Below are positions 29,547-40,095 of a stretch of DNA of 64,000 bases, in pieces. Numbering within the stretch: the stretch's first letter is position 1; each line of letters starts with the position of its first letter. This DNA is from Bacteroidales bacterium. GTDB taxonomy: Bacteria; Bacteroidota; Bacteroidia; Bacteroidales; UBA10428. Both the position numbers and the translations under genes were made by a program. The stretch spans positions 78,783 to 142,782 of the forward strand of contig DATGXG010000019.1 in NCBI GenBank assembly GCA_035299085.1, in the 5' to 3' direction. The notes under the pieces were generated by a model. That model saw only the letters and a list, made by a program, of their open reading frames with translations. It searched no databases and was not told the origin of the DNA.

Positions 29547-30371
29547 TTACTGGTTAAGCGAATAGCGCATAAAACCGGTAACTTTTACGTCTTTGTCCAC
29601 TTCCTGGAGATATTGCCTTACGGTTTTGGTGCTGTCTTTTGTAAATTCCTGGTTAAGCAGGGTGCTTTCCTTAAAGAACTTGTTCAGCTTGCCTTCGGCA
29701 ATCTTATCCAGCATGTTTTCAGCTTTTCCTTCGTTGCGTGCCTGTTCACGGCCAATTTCCTTTTCCTTTTCGATAACTGAAGGAGGAACATCAGCTTTAT
29801 CAACAGCAACCGGATTCATAGCGGCAACCTGCATGGCAATGTCGCGTCCGACTTTTACATCAATTGCTTTGCTTAAGCCAACCAATGTTGCAAGACGGTT
29901 TCCCGGGTGAATGTAAGGAACAACCTGAGCAGCTTCGATCTTCTCATAATAAGAGAGTTCAAGCTTTTCACCAATGATACCGATTTGTTCGGTAACCCGT
30001 TCGCCAATGCCCCGGCCGTCGAGCTTAATGTTCTTAAGCGCTTCAAGATCGGCAGGCTTATTCTGAACGGCAGCATCAAGGATACTTTCAGCCAGTTTAA
30101 TGTAATTTTCATTCTTGGCTACAAAGTCGGTTTCGCAATTTAATACGATGAGTGCACCGAAAGTTGCATTGCTATTGGTTTTTGCTATAACAACACCTTC
30201 CATTGCATCACGATCGGCTCTTTTGCTTGCTACAAGCTGTCCTTTTTTGCGGATAATTTCGACTGCTTTTTCAAAATCGCCATTTGACTCTTCAAGCGCG
30301 CTTTTGCAATCCATCATGCCGGCACCTGTCATTTTTCTGAGTTTGGCGACTTCTGCTGCTGTAATTGCCAT
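29547..30371 (-). CDS. tsf: Translation elongation factor Ts
   Basis: 274 aa with an N-terminal UBA-like motif (AITAAEVAKLRKMTGAGMMDCKSAL). Confidence 0.95.
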   Translation of the reverse strand: MAITAAEVAKLRKMTGAGMMDCKSALEESNGDFEKAVEIIRKKGQLVASKRADRDAMEGVVIAKTNSNATFGALIVLNCETDFVAKNENYIKLAESILDAAVQNKPADLEALKNIKLDGRGIGERVTEQIGIIGEKLELSYYEKIEAAQVVPYIHPGNRLATLVGLSKAIDVKVGRDIAMQVAAMNPVAVDKADVPPSVIEKEKEIGREQARNEGKAENMLDKIAEGKLNKFFKESTLLNQEFTKDSTKTVRQYLQEVDKDVKVTGFMRYSLNQ

Positions 30372-30391
30372 AATTTCTTATTTAATCGTTA

Positions 30392-31270
30392 TTAAACTTC
30401 TTCTTCTTCCTCTTCTTCTTCCTCAATTTCGACATTCACGCCTTTCTTGGCAGGAGCTTTAAGAGCAACCGTTTTATGTGCGCCTCTTCTTTCCTGTTCT
30501 TCATCGAAATCCTCATCACCTTCTTCGACATCCCCCTTATCGCCCTTCTTGCCTTTTACATCGCCTTCTTTCTCACGTTCCATCTTGCGTTCATCGAGGC
30601 CTTCCTGTATGCTTTTGCAAATAATTTCGAGAATGAGAGAAATCGATTTTGATGCATCGTCATTTGCCGGGATCGGGAAATCCACCAGGTTAGGATCCGA
30701 ATTGGTGTCCACCATGGCAAAGATCGGAATATTCAAACGGCGGGCTTCGTGCACGGCAATGTGTTCCTTGCTGATGTCAACAATAAACATGGCAGCCGGA
30801 AGCCTTGTAAGATCGGAGATACTGCCCAGGTTCTTCTCAAGTTTGGCCCGTTGACGGGACACCTGCAGTTTCTCACGTTTTGAGAGGTTATCAAAAGTAC
30901 CATCGGTGGCCATCCTGTCGATGGATGACATTTTCTTTACAGCCTTACGGATTGTCGGGAAGTTGGTGAGCATTCCGCCCGGCCAGCGTTCCGTAACATA
31001 AGGCATATTAATTATTTTCACCTGTTCGGCTACAATGTCTTTAGCCTGTTTCTTGGTGGCTACAAACAGGACCTTGCGTCCTGATTTGGCTATATTTTTT
31101 AGCGCTGCTGCAGCTTCCTCAAGTTTTACCAGTGTTTTCTGTAAATCGATAATATGAATACCCTCTTTCTCCATGAAAATATAAGGAGCCATAGCGGGAT
31201 TCCACTTTCTTCTCAGGTGACCAAAATGTACACCTGCATCCAATAATTGCTGAACTGATGTTTTAGGCAT
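30392..31270 (-). CDS. rpsB: 30S ribosomal protein S2 with an acidic C-terminal extension
   Basis: Conserved S2 core (LLDAGVHFGH...). The tail ends in IEEEEEEEEEV. Confidence 0.95.
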   Translation of the reverse strand: MPKTSVQQLLDAGVHFGHLRRKWNPAMAPYIFMEKEGIHIIDLQKTLVKLEEAAAALKNIAKSGRKVLFVATKKQAKDIVAEQVKIINMPYVTERWPGGMLTNFPTIRKAVKKMSSIDRMATDGTFDNLSKREKLQVSRQRAKLEKNLGSISDLTRLPAAMFIVDISKEHIAVHEARRLNIPIFAMVDTNSDPNLVDFPIPANDDASKSISLILEIICKSIQEGLDERKMEREKEGDVKGKKGDKGDVEEGDEDFDEEQERRGAHKTVALKAPAKKGVNVEIEEEEEEEEEV

Positions 31271-31301
31271 GTTTTAAATTTGTTTACGTTCTATAAAAAT
31301 C

Positions 31302-31339
31302 AATTGATGAGTAGCCAGCTCCACTGAGTCTCATCAATT
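31302..31339 (-). terminator. 10-bp perfect-stem hairpin between rpsI and rpsB (terminator or rpsB leader structure)
   Basis: AATTGATGAG-N18-CTCATCAATT. On the minus strand it is followed by GATTTTTAT. Confidence 0.45.
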
Positions 31340-31364
31340 TAGATACTAAACCAGATAAGAGATA

Positions 31365-31751
31365 CTAACGCTTGCTGAACTGGAATCTTCTCCTGGCGCC
31401 GGGCTGACCGGGTTTCTTACGCTCAACCTCACGGGGATCCCTGGTGAGCATCTTATTACTCTTAAGGGCATCTTTGCTCTCGGGCTTAACAATTGTCATT
31501 GCCCTTGCAATAGCCAGACGCAATGCTTCGGCCTGACCCTTAATTCCGCCACCCTGAAGATTTACGGTAATATCATATTTATCAGCAACTTCGGCAATGT
31601 TCAATGGCTGAAGAACAATATACTGAAGCTGTTCAAGCGGGAAATAATTCGCTAATTCGCGATCATTAATAACAATTTTGCCTTTGCCTTCTTTTAAATA
31701 AATTCTGGCGACTGCACTTTTTCTGCGTCCAATGGCATTAACTATTTCCAT
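31365..31751 (-). CDS. rpsI: 30S ribosomal protein S9
   Basis: 128 aa, GRRKSAVARI...GARRRFQFSKR. Confidence 0.95.
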   Translation of the reverse strand: MEIVNAIGRRKSAVARIYLKEGKGKIVINDRELANYFPLEQLQYIVLQPLNIAEVADKYDITVNLQGGGIKGQAEALRLAIARAMTIVKPESKDALKSNKMLTRDPREVERKKPGQPGARRRFQFSKR

Positions 31752-31756
31752 ACTTG

Positions 31757-32209
31757 TTATTTGTAGTTTAATTTAAGTTCTTTAGGTTGCTGTGCGGTAT
31801 GAGGATGCTCGGTTCCGGCATATACATAAAGGTTGCCGTATATCGCATTACCCAGCCTGTTGCGGGGAAGCATCTTCTTTACAGCAGTTTCAATAATACG
31901 GGTCGGATCAATAAGAGCCATATCATGCGGAGAAGTAATACGCTGTCCTCCTGGATAACCTGTATGCCGAACATATTCCTTATCGGTCCATTTCTTACCG
32001 GTGAGCCTTATCTTTTCAGCATTTATGATAATAATATTATCTCCACAATCTACATGGGGAGTATAGCTGGTCTTGTGCTTTCCCCTGAGAATGCTGGCTA
32101 CCTGTGAGCTCAGTCTTCCCAGTACCTGATTCGTGGCATCCACTACAAACCATTCTTTCTGAACAGTAGCATTATTTGCAGAAACCGTTCTATAACTCAG
32201 TGTATTCAC
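31757..32209 (-). CDS. rplM: 50S ribosomal protein L13 (GTG start inferred)
   Basis: Conserved WFVVDATNQVLGRLSSQVASILRGKHK. The tracked ORF's first 24 codons look non-native, and a GTG at 32207-32209 gives the usual length. Confidence 0.9.
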   Translation of the reverse strand: MNTLSYRTVSANNATVQKEWFVVDATNQVLGRLSSQVASILRGKHKTSYTPHVDCGDNIIIINAEKIRLTGKKWTDKEYVRHTGYPGGQRITSPHDMALIDPTRIIETAVKKMLPRNRLGNAIYGNLYVYAGTEHPHTAQQPKELKLNYK

Positions 32210-32373
32210 GTCGTTTGTTATTGTTAAATTTCGCTGCTTATTATATACTTTACCCTTAAAATAGGGAGTGCAAAAATACAATTTATTTTAATTTTACAAG
32301 ATATTTTCAGATTTATTTTCTTATGAATCACTAACCCTGTATTCATTATGAAGCGGTTGGAAAAAATCAAGAT

Positions 32374-33981
32374 ATGAATTATTCTGCAGGAAGGGAACCA
32401 CTTCACAGGACTGTATATTTGTTCGGACTTGCCCTGCTTGTCAGCTGTCTGCCCCTTTCACGCTACCTTTTGAGTATTGCGCAATTCACAATTGTTATTA
32501 ACTGGATTGCAGAAGGAAATTTTAAGAGGAAGTTCTCAATCCTTCACAAGAACCCTGCCATTTTGCTTTTCGCCTCTGTATTCATTGTATATGCTGTCGG
32601 ATTACTTTACAGTGAAGATCTTAAAACCGGGTTTGAAAAGATTATCAATACGCTTCCGCTCTTAATACTGCCCCTTGTGATAGGTACTTCGAAACCTTTG
32701 AGTACAAAGGCTTCGAGAAGATTATTGATCCTTTTCACAATTGCCGTTTCAGCCGCTTCAATGGTTTGTTTTATCCGGTATGCTGGTTACGGACTTCCCC
32801 CAGGAGCGGATTTCAGGGAAATTTCGGTTTTTATGTCCCACATCCGGTTTGCTCTTCTTATTGATATGGCTATCGCTATTTCGATTTATTATGCAATTCG
32901 AAAGCATGGGGATGAACCCCTGTCGGTTTTACGCTCACCCTGGTTTTTTATAATACTATCCGTATTCCTGACCGCCTTTCTATTTTTTCTCCGCTCTGCA
33001 ACCGGGATTGTTATATTCTTCATTATCCTGGGCGTTTTTGGTGTTAACAGGGCTTTCCACTCTAAAAGCAGATTTATACGATATAGTATTTTAGGAGCTA
33101 CAACCGCATTTTCATTGACGGCTGTGCTAACTGTGTACTTTACCTGGAATAGGAATTTTAGTCCGAAACCTTTCAACCCTACCCGGCTTAAGGATAAAAC
33201 AGCAAATGGCAATTTGTATACACATGATATAGAAGCCGGAATACTCGAAAACGGCAATTATACCTGGCTTTATATTTGCGAACCGGAACTGGAAAGGGAA
33301 TGGAACCGGCTAAGCCCGATTCATTATGATGAGTTTGACCACAGACACCAGGCCATCCGTACCACTATAATCCGGTATCTGACTTCAAAGAACCTTACAA
33401 AAGATTCAGCAGGGATTCATCATTTGAGCCAGGCAGACCTATCAAATATTGAAAAAGGACTTGCCAATTACAGGTTTTCTGAACACCCCGGCATCCGGCA
33501 AAGGCTCTATGAAACTCTTTATGAAATCCATATCATAAGAAAATCAGGATTTGCCGAAAGCCATTCGCTGGGCCAACGATTACTTTTTTATAAGGCGGCG
33601 CTCCCTGCTATAAAAGAGAGTTTCTGGTTTGGTTACGGTACCGGGGACGCCTACAACATTATGGCAAACCAGGCAAGATCTGAAAACCTGGCGATTGACA
33701 GTGCATGGAAAGGAAAACCGCATAACCAGTTCCTGTTCTTTCTGCTGGCTTTCGGAATCACAGGATTTTTATGGATCGTTTTCAGCTGGGTGTATACAGT
33801 GATCTTTTCGAAAGCATACACCCAACTGCTGTTTAATCAAATGCTTCTGATAACAGGAATTTCAATGATGGTGATAGATACGCTTGAATCATACGACAAT
33901 ATTGTTTTCTTCTCCTTTTTCTTTTGCCTGTTTGCTTTTAATTATGGGGATATTACTTCTTATAATGAAAAGATGATATAA
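32374..33981 (+). CDS. Polytopic membrane protein, O-antigen ligase (Wzy_C)-like
   Basis: About 10-12 TM helices with a large loop. The late GKPHNQFLFFLLAFGITG segment resembles O-antigen polymerase/ligase family motifs. Confidence 0.55.
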   Translation: MNYSAGREPLHRTVYLFGLALLVSCLPLSRYLLSIAQFTIVINWIAEGNFKRKFSILHKNPAILLFASVFIVYAVGLLYSEDLKTGFEKIINTLPLLILPLVIGTSKPLSTKASRRLLILFTIAVSAASMVCFIRYAGYGLPPGADFREISVFMSHIRFALLIDMAIAISIYYAIRKHGDEPLSVLRSPWFFIILSVFLTAFLFFLRSATGIVIFFIILGVFGVNRAFHSKSRFIRYSILGATTAFSLTAVLTVYFTWNRNFSPKPFNPTRLKDKTANGNLYTHDIEAGILENGNYTWLYICEPELEREWNRLSPIHYDEFDHRHQAIRTTIIRYLTSKNLTKDSAGIHHLSQADLSNIEKGLANYRFSEHPGIRQRLYETLYEIHIIRKSGFAESHSLGQRLLFYKAALPAIKESFWFGYGTGDAYNIMANQARSENLAIDSAWKGKPHNQFLFFLLAFGITGFLWIVFSWVYTVIFSKAYTQLLFNQMLLITGISMMVIDTLESYDNIVFFSFFFCLFAFNYGDITSYNEKMI

Positions 33982-34486
33982 TATCGTCGAATTCCGGTTT
34001 AGCCCTTGGATATGCAGTATCAACGGATACAAATGTAAAGTTGTAACCAAAATCGTTGGCAATAAAGAAATACCTTTCGGTTACCATTCCAACGGTATCT
34101 GTATCCGAAGCATGGAAGTACTGTTTAAATTCATGCGATACCATTTTCATGAAATCGGTAGCATCTATAACAGTGTCTGTAACATATGTAAGTGAGTCAT
34201 AGGGTGTATCTGTCTGAATTTGTTGCTTCAAAGTAGCAAAATATACTGGCAGGGTATAACCGGGTATACTGTTTTTAAAAATCACAAGCGCCTCGGCCAT
34301 TGTATCCTGCTGGTCCACCGGGTTACGGTGTGCCTCATATATATAACCAATATCATTGTAAACGTAGCCTGACCAGTTATCGGGAAGTGACAGATCAAAA
34401 TCAAGTTCCGTTTTTTCATCTTTTTTGCACGATGTAAAAAGGCTAGCTACAACAAGTAAACTCAGAACTATGTGATACTTCTTCAT
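33953..34486 (-). CDS. Hypothetical lipoprotein
   Basis: MKKYHIVLSLLVVASLFTSC lipobox. ATG at 34486 is preferred over 34537. Confidence 0.4.
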   Translation of the reverse strand: MKKYHIVLSLLVVASLFTSCKKDEKTELDFDLSLPDNWSGYVYNDIGYIYEAHRNPVDQQDTMAEALVIFKNSIPGYTLPVYFATLKQQIQTDTPYDSLTYVTDTVIDATDFMKMVSHEFKQYFHASDTDTVGMVTERYFFIANDFGYNFTFVSVDTAYPRAKPEFDDIISSFHYKK

Positions 34487-34684
34487 ATTATTGGTTTTTT
34501 TAAGTTTCAGAAATATTTCGGCGCAAAGGTAATACAATAATATATGGTGGCAAACTTATAAAATACGAGTTACCAACACGGGAGCAGACGAAAATGGTTA
34601 TCTTTAAAAATGAATACATCTTTTACAGGATGATCGAATCTGAAAAAAGGTTGCGTCTGGTATACAAATTCAATAATTACGTCT

Positions 34685-35764
34685 ATGAAAAATAATATCC
34701 TGTTTTTATTCGCACTATCTTTCTTTTATTTAATCCCGATCCAAACACCCTGTCAGTCCTTACCTGTCCGTGGATTCAGCATCGGTGCACCAGCCAGAGA
34801 AAATCTCGGTGCTTTCATTGATTTTATACATAACGGCCTTGCATCCAGGTCAGTAAATACGCTGATTCTTCAAATTGATTACGGTTACCGGTTTAAATCG
34901 CATCCTGAACTAAGCGATAGCGGAGCACTCACCCATTCTGATATTAACAAGATAGTAAAAGCTTGTGAAGAAGAACATATTCGTTTGATTCCCATGATTA
35001 ACCTGCTGGGTCACCAGTCGTGGGCCGGAAAAGTCAACAACCTCCTCAGGGTCTACCCACAGTTTGATGAGACTCCATATGTAAAGATGCCTGAAAACTA
35101 TGTATGGCCGAATGAAGAGGGACTATACTGCAAAAGTTACTGCCCGCTACATCCCGATATTCATAAGGTGTTATTTGATGTAATTGATGAAATTTGCGAT
35201 GTCTTTCAGTCGGATGCCTTTCACGGAGGCATGGATGAGGTTTTTTATATAGCCCACGACAGTTGCACAAGGTGCTCGGGTAGCGATCCGGCAGAACTAT
35301 TTGCAGGCGAAGTAAACCTCATAAGGAATCATCTGGCTGAAAAAAACAGGGAACTGTGGATTTGGGGCGACAGGCTTATTGACGGGAAATCAACCGGCAT
35401 GGGAATGTGGGAGGCAAGTATGAACAATACGTTCAGGGCAGTTGACCTGATCGCAAAAGATGTTTTCATTTGCGACTGGCATTATGAACGACCTGACCAG
35501 ACAGCAGTATATTTTGCCATGAAAGGACTCCGTGTGGCAACATGTCCCTGGAGGGACCCTGAGGTGGCTGTAAAGCAGGCCCGTGACATGGTGAAGTTCA
35601 GGGAACATTCAACTCCGGAAATGAAAGACCGCTTTTGCGGCATTATTCAAACCGTATGGTCATCGCCTGACCAGTTTCTGAAAGAATATAACAGCACTGA
35701 AAATAAGAACAGTGCAGCCGCCAGCTTTAAGGCTGTATATGAATATATGAACAGCCTGAAATGA
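34685..35764 (+). CDS. Secreted glycoside-hydrolase-like TIM-barrel protein (GH20-like)
   Basis: Signal peptide. NLLGHQSW and FHGGMDEV resemble the H-x-G-G-D-E catalytic motif of GH20 hexosaminidases. The assignment is tentative. Confidence 0.45.
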   Translation: MKNNILFLFALSFFYLIPIQTPCQSLPVRGFSIGAPARENLGAFIDFIHNGLASRSVNTLILQIDYGYRFKSHPELSDSGALTHSDINKIVKACEEEHIRLIPMINLLGHQSWAGKVNNLLRVYPQFDETPYVKMPENYVWPNEEGLYCKSYCPLHPDIHKVLFDVIDEICDVFQSDAFHGGMDEVFYIAHDSCTRCSGSDPAELFAGEVNLIRNHLAEKNRELWIWGDRLIDGKSTGMGMWEASMNNTFRAVDLIAKDVFICDWHYERPDQTAVYFAMKGLRVATCPWRDPEVAVKQARDMVKFREHSTPEMKDRFCGIIQTVWSSPDQFLKEYNSTENKNSAAASFKAVYEYMNSLK

Positions 35765-36927
35765 AGAACCGCATTGTTTCAATTGATATATTCAGGGCGC
35801 TCACAATGCTCCTGATGATTTTCGTGAATGACTTGTGGACTCTGCATGGCATACCGGGTTGGCTTGAACACACTGAAGCTCATGAAGACGGTATGGGTCT
35901 GGCTGACATCGTTTTTCCAGCATTTCTTTTCATCGTCGGACTTTCAATTCCTTTTGCGATTAAAGCCCGCCTTAATAGCGGAGATTCAAAACAAAAAATC
36001 CTGATCCATATAGTGAAACGATCACTGGCGCTTATTGTGATGGGATTTTTTATGGTGAACAGTGAAAGTTTAAGTTCCTCGTTTTCTCCCCTGTTTCGCA
36101 CGCTCTGGGAGGTTTTTATGATTGTGGCATTTATACTGGTATGGAATCAATATGACAAGGAAAAGATTTCTCCTATGTTCAGCCTTCTGCTCCAGATAGC
36201 CGGTATTGCATCACTTATTCTGCTGGCAGTGCTTTATGTGGGCGGACCACCTGAAAACCTTCACTGGATGCGCCCTGGCTGGTGGGGAATCCTGGGCCTA
36301 ATCGGCTGGGCTTATTTATTGTGTTCCTTATTATACCTTTTCAGCGGGGGAAAAACGACAATCATTCTCCTGGCAGTTCTTGTATTTTATGGTTTAAATA
36401 CACTTGAATTCATTCATCTTAAAGGTGTTCCTCATTTCCCCTTTATTGTAAGCTCATCCAATCATGCCCTTATCATGAGTGGTGCATTAGCTACCAGGCT
36501 TTATCTTGGCACCCGCGATTCCAAACCGGTAAGGTTTTTACTTTATTTGTGGACTGCGGCAATTGTACTTTTTGCTTTTGGATATGCTATAAGACCGTAT
36601 TGGGGAATTTCAAAAATACTCGCTACCCCTTCATGGACCTCTATTTGTGCTGCCATAAGCTTAATCTTTTTCAGTTTAATTTACATCCTCACTGATTTAA
36701 GCGGGAAAGTGAGAACAGCCGGATTTATCAAACCCGCCGGTACCAATACGCTGACCTGTTATCTAATTCCCGGATTGGTTTACCCGGTTTTATGGCCACT
36801 CCAACAGATGCTGCCGGTTGAACTGCTTACCGGTTTAGCGGGTATAATTAAATCGGTACTGTTTGCATTTGTCATTGTTTGGATCACAGGTTTTCTTGAA
36901 AAAGCAGGGGTTAAACTGAAAATTTAA
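35761..36927 (+). CDS. DUF5009 / heparan-alpha-glucosaminide N-acetyltransferase-like membrane protein
   Basis: N-terminal RIVSIDIFRALTMLLMIFVN motif and about 10 TM helices. It shares a 4-nt overlap with the upstream gene. Confidence 0.65.
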   Translation: MKNRIVSIDIFRALTMLLMIFVNDLWTLHGIPGWLEHTEAHEDGMGLADIVFPAFLFIVGLSIPFAIKARLNSGDSKQKILIHIVKRSLALIVMGFFMVNSESLSSSFSPLFRTLWEVFMIVAFILVWNQYDKEKISPMFSLLLQIAGIASLILLAVLYVGGPPENLHWMRPGWWGILGLIGWAYLLCSLLYLFSGGKTTIILLAVLVFYGLNTLEFIHLKGVPHFPFIVSSSNHALIMSGALATRLYLGTRDSKPVRFLLYLWTAAIVLFAFGYAIRPYWGISKILATPSWTSICAAISLIFFSLIYILTDLSGKVRTAGFIKPAGTNTLTCYLIPGLVYPVLWPLQQMLPVELLTGLAGIIKSVLFAFVIVWITGFLEKAGVKLKI

Positions 36928-36978
36928 TGTTTCAACTTTTTTCGCTTATTTCGCATTGTCTATTTTAAAACATTATTC

Positions 36979-39900
36979 ATGAAAAACTACAGGCTTGTCA
37001 ATATTATTGCCGGTTGGGTAACATTTGTTATTGCTGCAATTGTTTACCTTTCAACTATTGAGCCTTCAGCGAGTTTCTGGGATTGCGGTGAATTCATTTC
37101 ATCGGCTTTTAAACTTGAAGTGGGCCATCCCCCGGGAGCCCCGTTTTTCATGTTGCTTGGCCGGTTCTTCACACTGTTTGCCGGTGACCATCTGACCCGT
37201 GTTCCGGTAATGGTCAATTCAATGTCTGCCCTTTTCAGTGCCGCCACCATCCTTTTCCTTTTCTGGTCGATCACTCACCTTGCTAAAAGGCTTATTGTCC
37301 GCGAGAATGAAATGACAACCGGTAACCTGATTGCCATTATCGGCAGCGGCCTTGTAGGCGCCCTTGCGTACACCTTTTCCGATACGTTCTGGTTTTCGGC
37401 CGTTGAAGGTGAGGTTTATGCCAGTTCATCGTTGTTTACTGCCATTGTTTTCTGGGCTATCCTGAAATGGGAAAATGTGGCTGATGAAAAACATGCCAAC
37501 CGGTGGCTGATTTTTATTGCGTATATGATGGGCCTTTCAATCGGTGTGCATTTGCTGAACCTGCTTGCTATTCCGGCTATCGTGCTCGTTTATTATTTTC
37601 GCAAGTATCCGGTTACTAAAGGCGGCCTGTTTAAAGCACTTGGCATATCGGTGATTATCCTGGGCGGCATTATGTATGTGATTATTCCGGGTGTGGTAAA
37701 AATTGCTTCGATTTTTGAACTTCTTTTTGTTAATTCATTCGGTCTTCCCTACAATTCAGGAGTGCTGTTCTATGGTATCCTGCTTATCGGTCTTATCGTT
37801 TATGGTCTTTGGTATAGTGTAAAAAAAGGAAAGGCGCTGCTCAACACAGCTATTCTTGTTGTTACTGTAATTCTTATCGGATATTCGTCCTATGCATGCC
37901 TGGTCATCAGGTCAGCTGCTGAAACTCCAATGGATCAGAATGATCCGGAAGACCTCTTTTCACTGCTGTATTACCTGAACCGGGAACAATACGGCGACAG
38001 GCCCCTGTTATACGGACAGTATTTCAATGCACCGGTTACCGGGACAAAACCGGGAAGTCCTTATTATTACAAGGAAAACGGGAAATATGTTGAGAATGAT
38101 TTCCGTATAAAATATAATTATGACAGCCGCTTTACAACCATTTTCCCACGTATGTACAGCAGCGACGATGAAGGCGGGCATATAAGTGCCTATATACAGT
38201 GGGCCAACCTTAAAGAAAGCGATCTTTTTCAGCCCAGGCTTGACAAGAACGGGCAGCCGGTAAGGAATAACGAAGGAAAAATTGTGTATGACCATTCGAA
38301 AGCCAGGAAAAAACCTACCTTTTTTCAGAATATCAGGTTTTTCTGGAAATACCAGGTAGGACACATGTATTTCCGCTATTTTATGTGGAATTTTTCCGGA
38401 CGGCAGAATGATATCCAGGCTAACTATAAAACGGAAATCAACAAGGGAAACTGGATTTCCGGTATTCCTTTTATCGACGAGGCTCGTATAGGTAACCAGA
38501 AAAGCCTGCCCGATGAAATGAAAAACAACAAAGCCCGCAACCGGTATTATATGCTTCCGCTAATACTGGGTCTTGCCGGTCTGTATTATCAATATAAAAA
38601 AGACAGGAATAACTTCAGGGTAACGATGATGCTGTTCTTTATGACCGGACTGGCCATTGTGATTTACCTGAATCAGAGCCCTCTACAACCCCGCGAACGC
38701 GATTACGCTTATGCCGGCTCATTTTATGCTTTTGCTATCTGGATCGGACTGGGTGTGCTGGCAATTTATGATGGATTGAAAAAAGTGACTCCGGCGACTT
38801 CAGCCGCTACACTGGCCACTTTGAGCTCCCTGGTAGCTGTACCGTTTGTGATGGGAAAAGAAAACTGGGATGATCACGACCGCTCAGAACGTTATGCAGC
38901 AAGGGATTTCGCGTATAACTACCTGAACTCATGTGACAAAAATGCGATATTGTTTACGAACGGGGATAACGATACCTTCCCGTTATGGTATGCACAGGAA
39001 GTGGAAGGAATCAGGACCGATGTGCGTGTGATGAACCTGAGCTACCTGGCTGCAGACTGGTATATCGAACAGATGCAGCGGAAAGCTTATGAATCCGATC
39101 CGGCTCCGTTCAGCCTGACACCCGATAAATACAGGTCGGGTAAGCGGGATGTGGTATATATTATTGACCGTCTTTCGGGTTACCGGTCACTGCGTGATGT
39201 GATCGACTTTGTGGCCAGTGACGATAAGCAAACAAAAAGCCTGCCTGACGTTAGCCAAAATGTGGATTATATTCCCACTCCCCGGTTTTTTATACCTGTA
39301 GATACGGCCATAGTGCTGCATAACGGCATGGTGCCGCCTTCTAGAGCTAAGGATGTGCTTCCCCAGGTGGCATGGGAACTTGAACCAAACAGGGAATATA
39401 TAACCAAAAATCACCTGATGATCCTGGATATGCTGGCTACAAATAATTGGGAAAGACCTATATATTACGCCATCACGGTATCAGATGAAAATTACCTGAA
39501 CCTGAGCAATTATTTTGATATGGAAGGACTGGCTTATAAAATTGTTCCTTACCGGTCAGAAGGCGATATGTTCAGTAAGAGCGGTATCAACACCGACAAG
39601 ATGTATGATAATTTTGTGAATAAATTCAAATGGGGAGGTGTTGAAAAACCCGGTGTTTATCTCGATGAAAATATTACCCGCATGCTTGGCAATTTCAGGA
39701 ATAGCTTTGCACGACTTGCGATGCAGCTGATTGCTGAACATAAACCCGACAGCGCCCGTAAGACCCTGGATAAATGCCTTGAGGTAATTCCCGAAGAAGC
39801 AGTGCCCATGAATATATATAATCTTCTGATGGTGCAGGGTTATTACCAGGTGGGTGATACGGTAAAAGCCAACACCATCGCGGATAAGATCAAAAAGAAT

Positions 39901-40095
39901 ACCTACCAGCAACTTGATTACTTTGTAAGCCTGGGGAAAGAATACAATAATTACCTTATGTATGAAAAGAGGGTGGCCTTTTACACACTTGATGAAATCA
40001 GGAGGATGGCCACCGAATTTAAACAGCCCGATCTTGCAAAGGAAATGGAAGCGAAGATGCAGCAATACGCATCCGCAATGAGCCTGCCGATGTAA
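36979..40095 (+). CDS. Large DUF2723-family membrane protein (glycosyltransferase-C-like N-terminal domain plus a soluble C-terminal domain)
   Basis: YLSTIEPSASFWDCGEFISSAFKLEVGHPPGAPFFMLLGR is the hallmark DUF2723 N-terminus. The protein is 1038 aa. Confidence 0.8.
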   Translation: MKNYRLVNIIAGWVTFVIAAIVYLSTIEPSASFWDCGEFISSAFKLEVGHPPGAPFFMLLGRFFTLFAGDHLTRVPVMVNSMSALFSAATILFLFWSITHLAKRLIVRENEMTTGNLIAIIGSGLVGALAYTFSDTFWFSAVEGEVYASSSLFTAIVFWAILKWENVADEKHANRWLIFIAYMMGLSIGVHLLNLLAIPAIVLVYYFRKYPVTKGGLFKALGISVIILGGIMYVIIPGVVKIASIFELLFVNSFGLPYNSGVLFYGILLIGLIVYGLWYSVKKGKALLNTAILVVTVILIGYSSYACLVIRSAAETPMDQNDPEDLFSLLYYLNREQYGDRPLLYGQYFNAPVTGTKPGSPYYYKENGKYVENDFRIKYNYDSRFTTIFPRMYSSDDEGGHISAYIQWANLKESDLFQPRLDKNGQPVRNNEGKIVYDHSKARKKPTFFQNIRFFWKYQVGHMYFRYFMWNFSGRQNDIQANYKTEINKGNWISGIPFIDEARIGNQKSLPDEMKNNKARNRYYMLPLILGLAGLYYQYKKDRNNFRVTMMLFFMTGLAIVIYLNQSPLQPRERDYAYAGSFYAFAIWIGLGVLAIYDGLKKVTPATSAATLATLSSLVAVPFVMGKENWDDHDRSERYAARDFAYNYLNSCDKNAILFTNGDNDTFPLWYAQEVEGIRTDVRVMNLSYLAADWYIEQMQRKAYESDPAPFSLTPDKYRSGKRDVVYIIDRLSGYRSLRDVIDFVASDDKQTKSLPDVSQNVDYIPTPRFFIPVDTAIVLHNGMVPPSRAKDVLPQVAWELEPNREYITKNHLMILDMLATNNWERPIYYAITVSDENYLNLSNYFDMEGLAYKIVPYRSEGDMFSKSGINTDKMYDNFVNKFKWGGVEKPGVYLDENITRMLGNFRNSFARLAMQLIAEHKPDSARKTLDKCLEVIPEEAVPMNIYNLLMVQGYYQVGDTVKANTIADKIKKNTYQQLDYFVSLGKEYNNYLMYEKRVAFYTLDEIRRMATEFKQPDLAKEMEAKMQQYASAMSLPM

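Noticed and set aside
30392-30430. GAA/GAG trinucleotide repeat, and the CCN repeat at 42282-42314, considered as independent repeat elements
   Set aside because: Both are in-frame coding low-complexity tracts: the poly-Glu tail of S2 and the poly-Pro linker of the BlaR1-TonB protein. They are not separate features.
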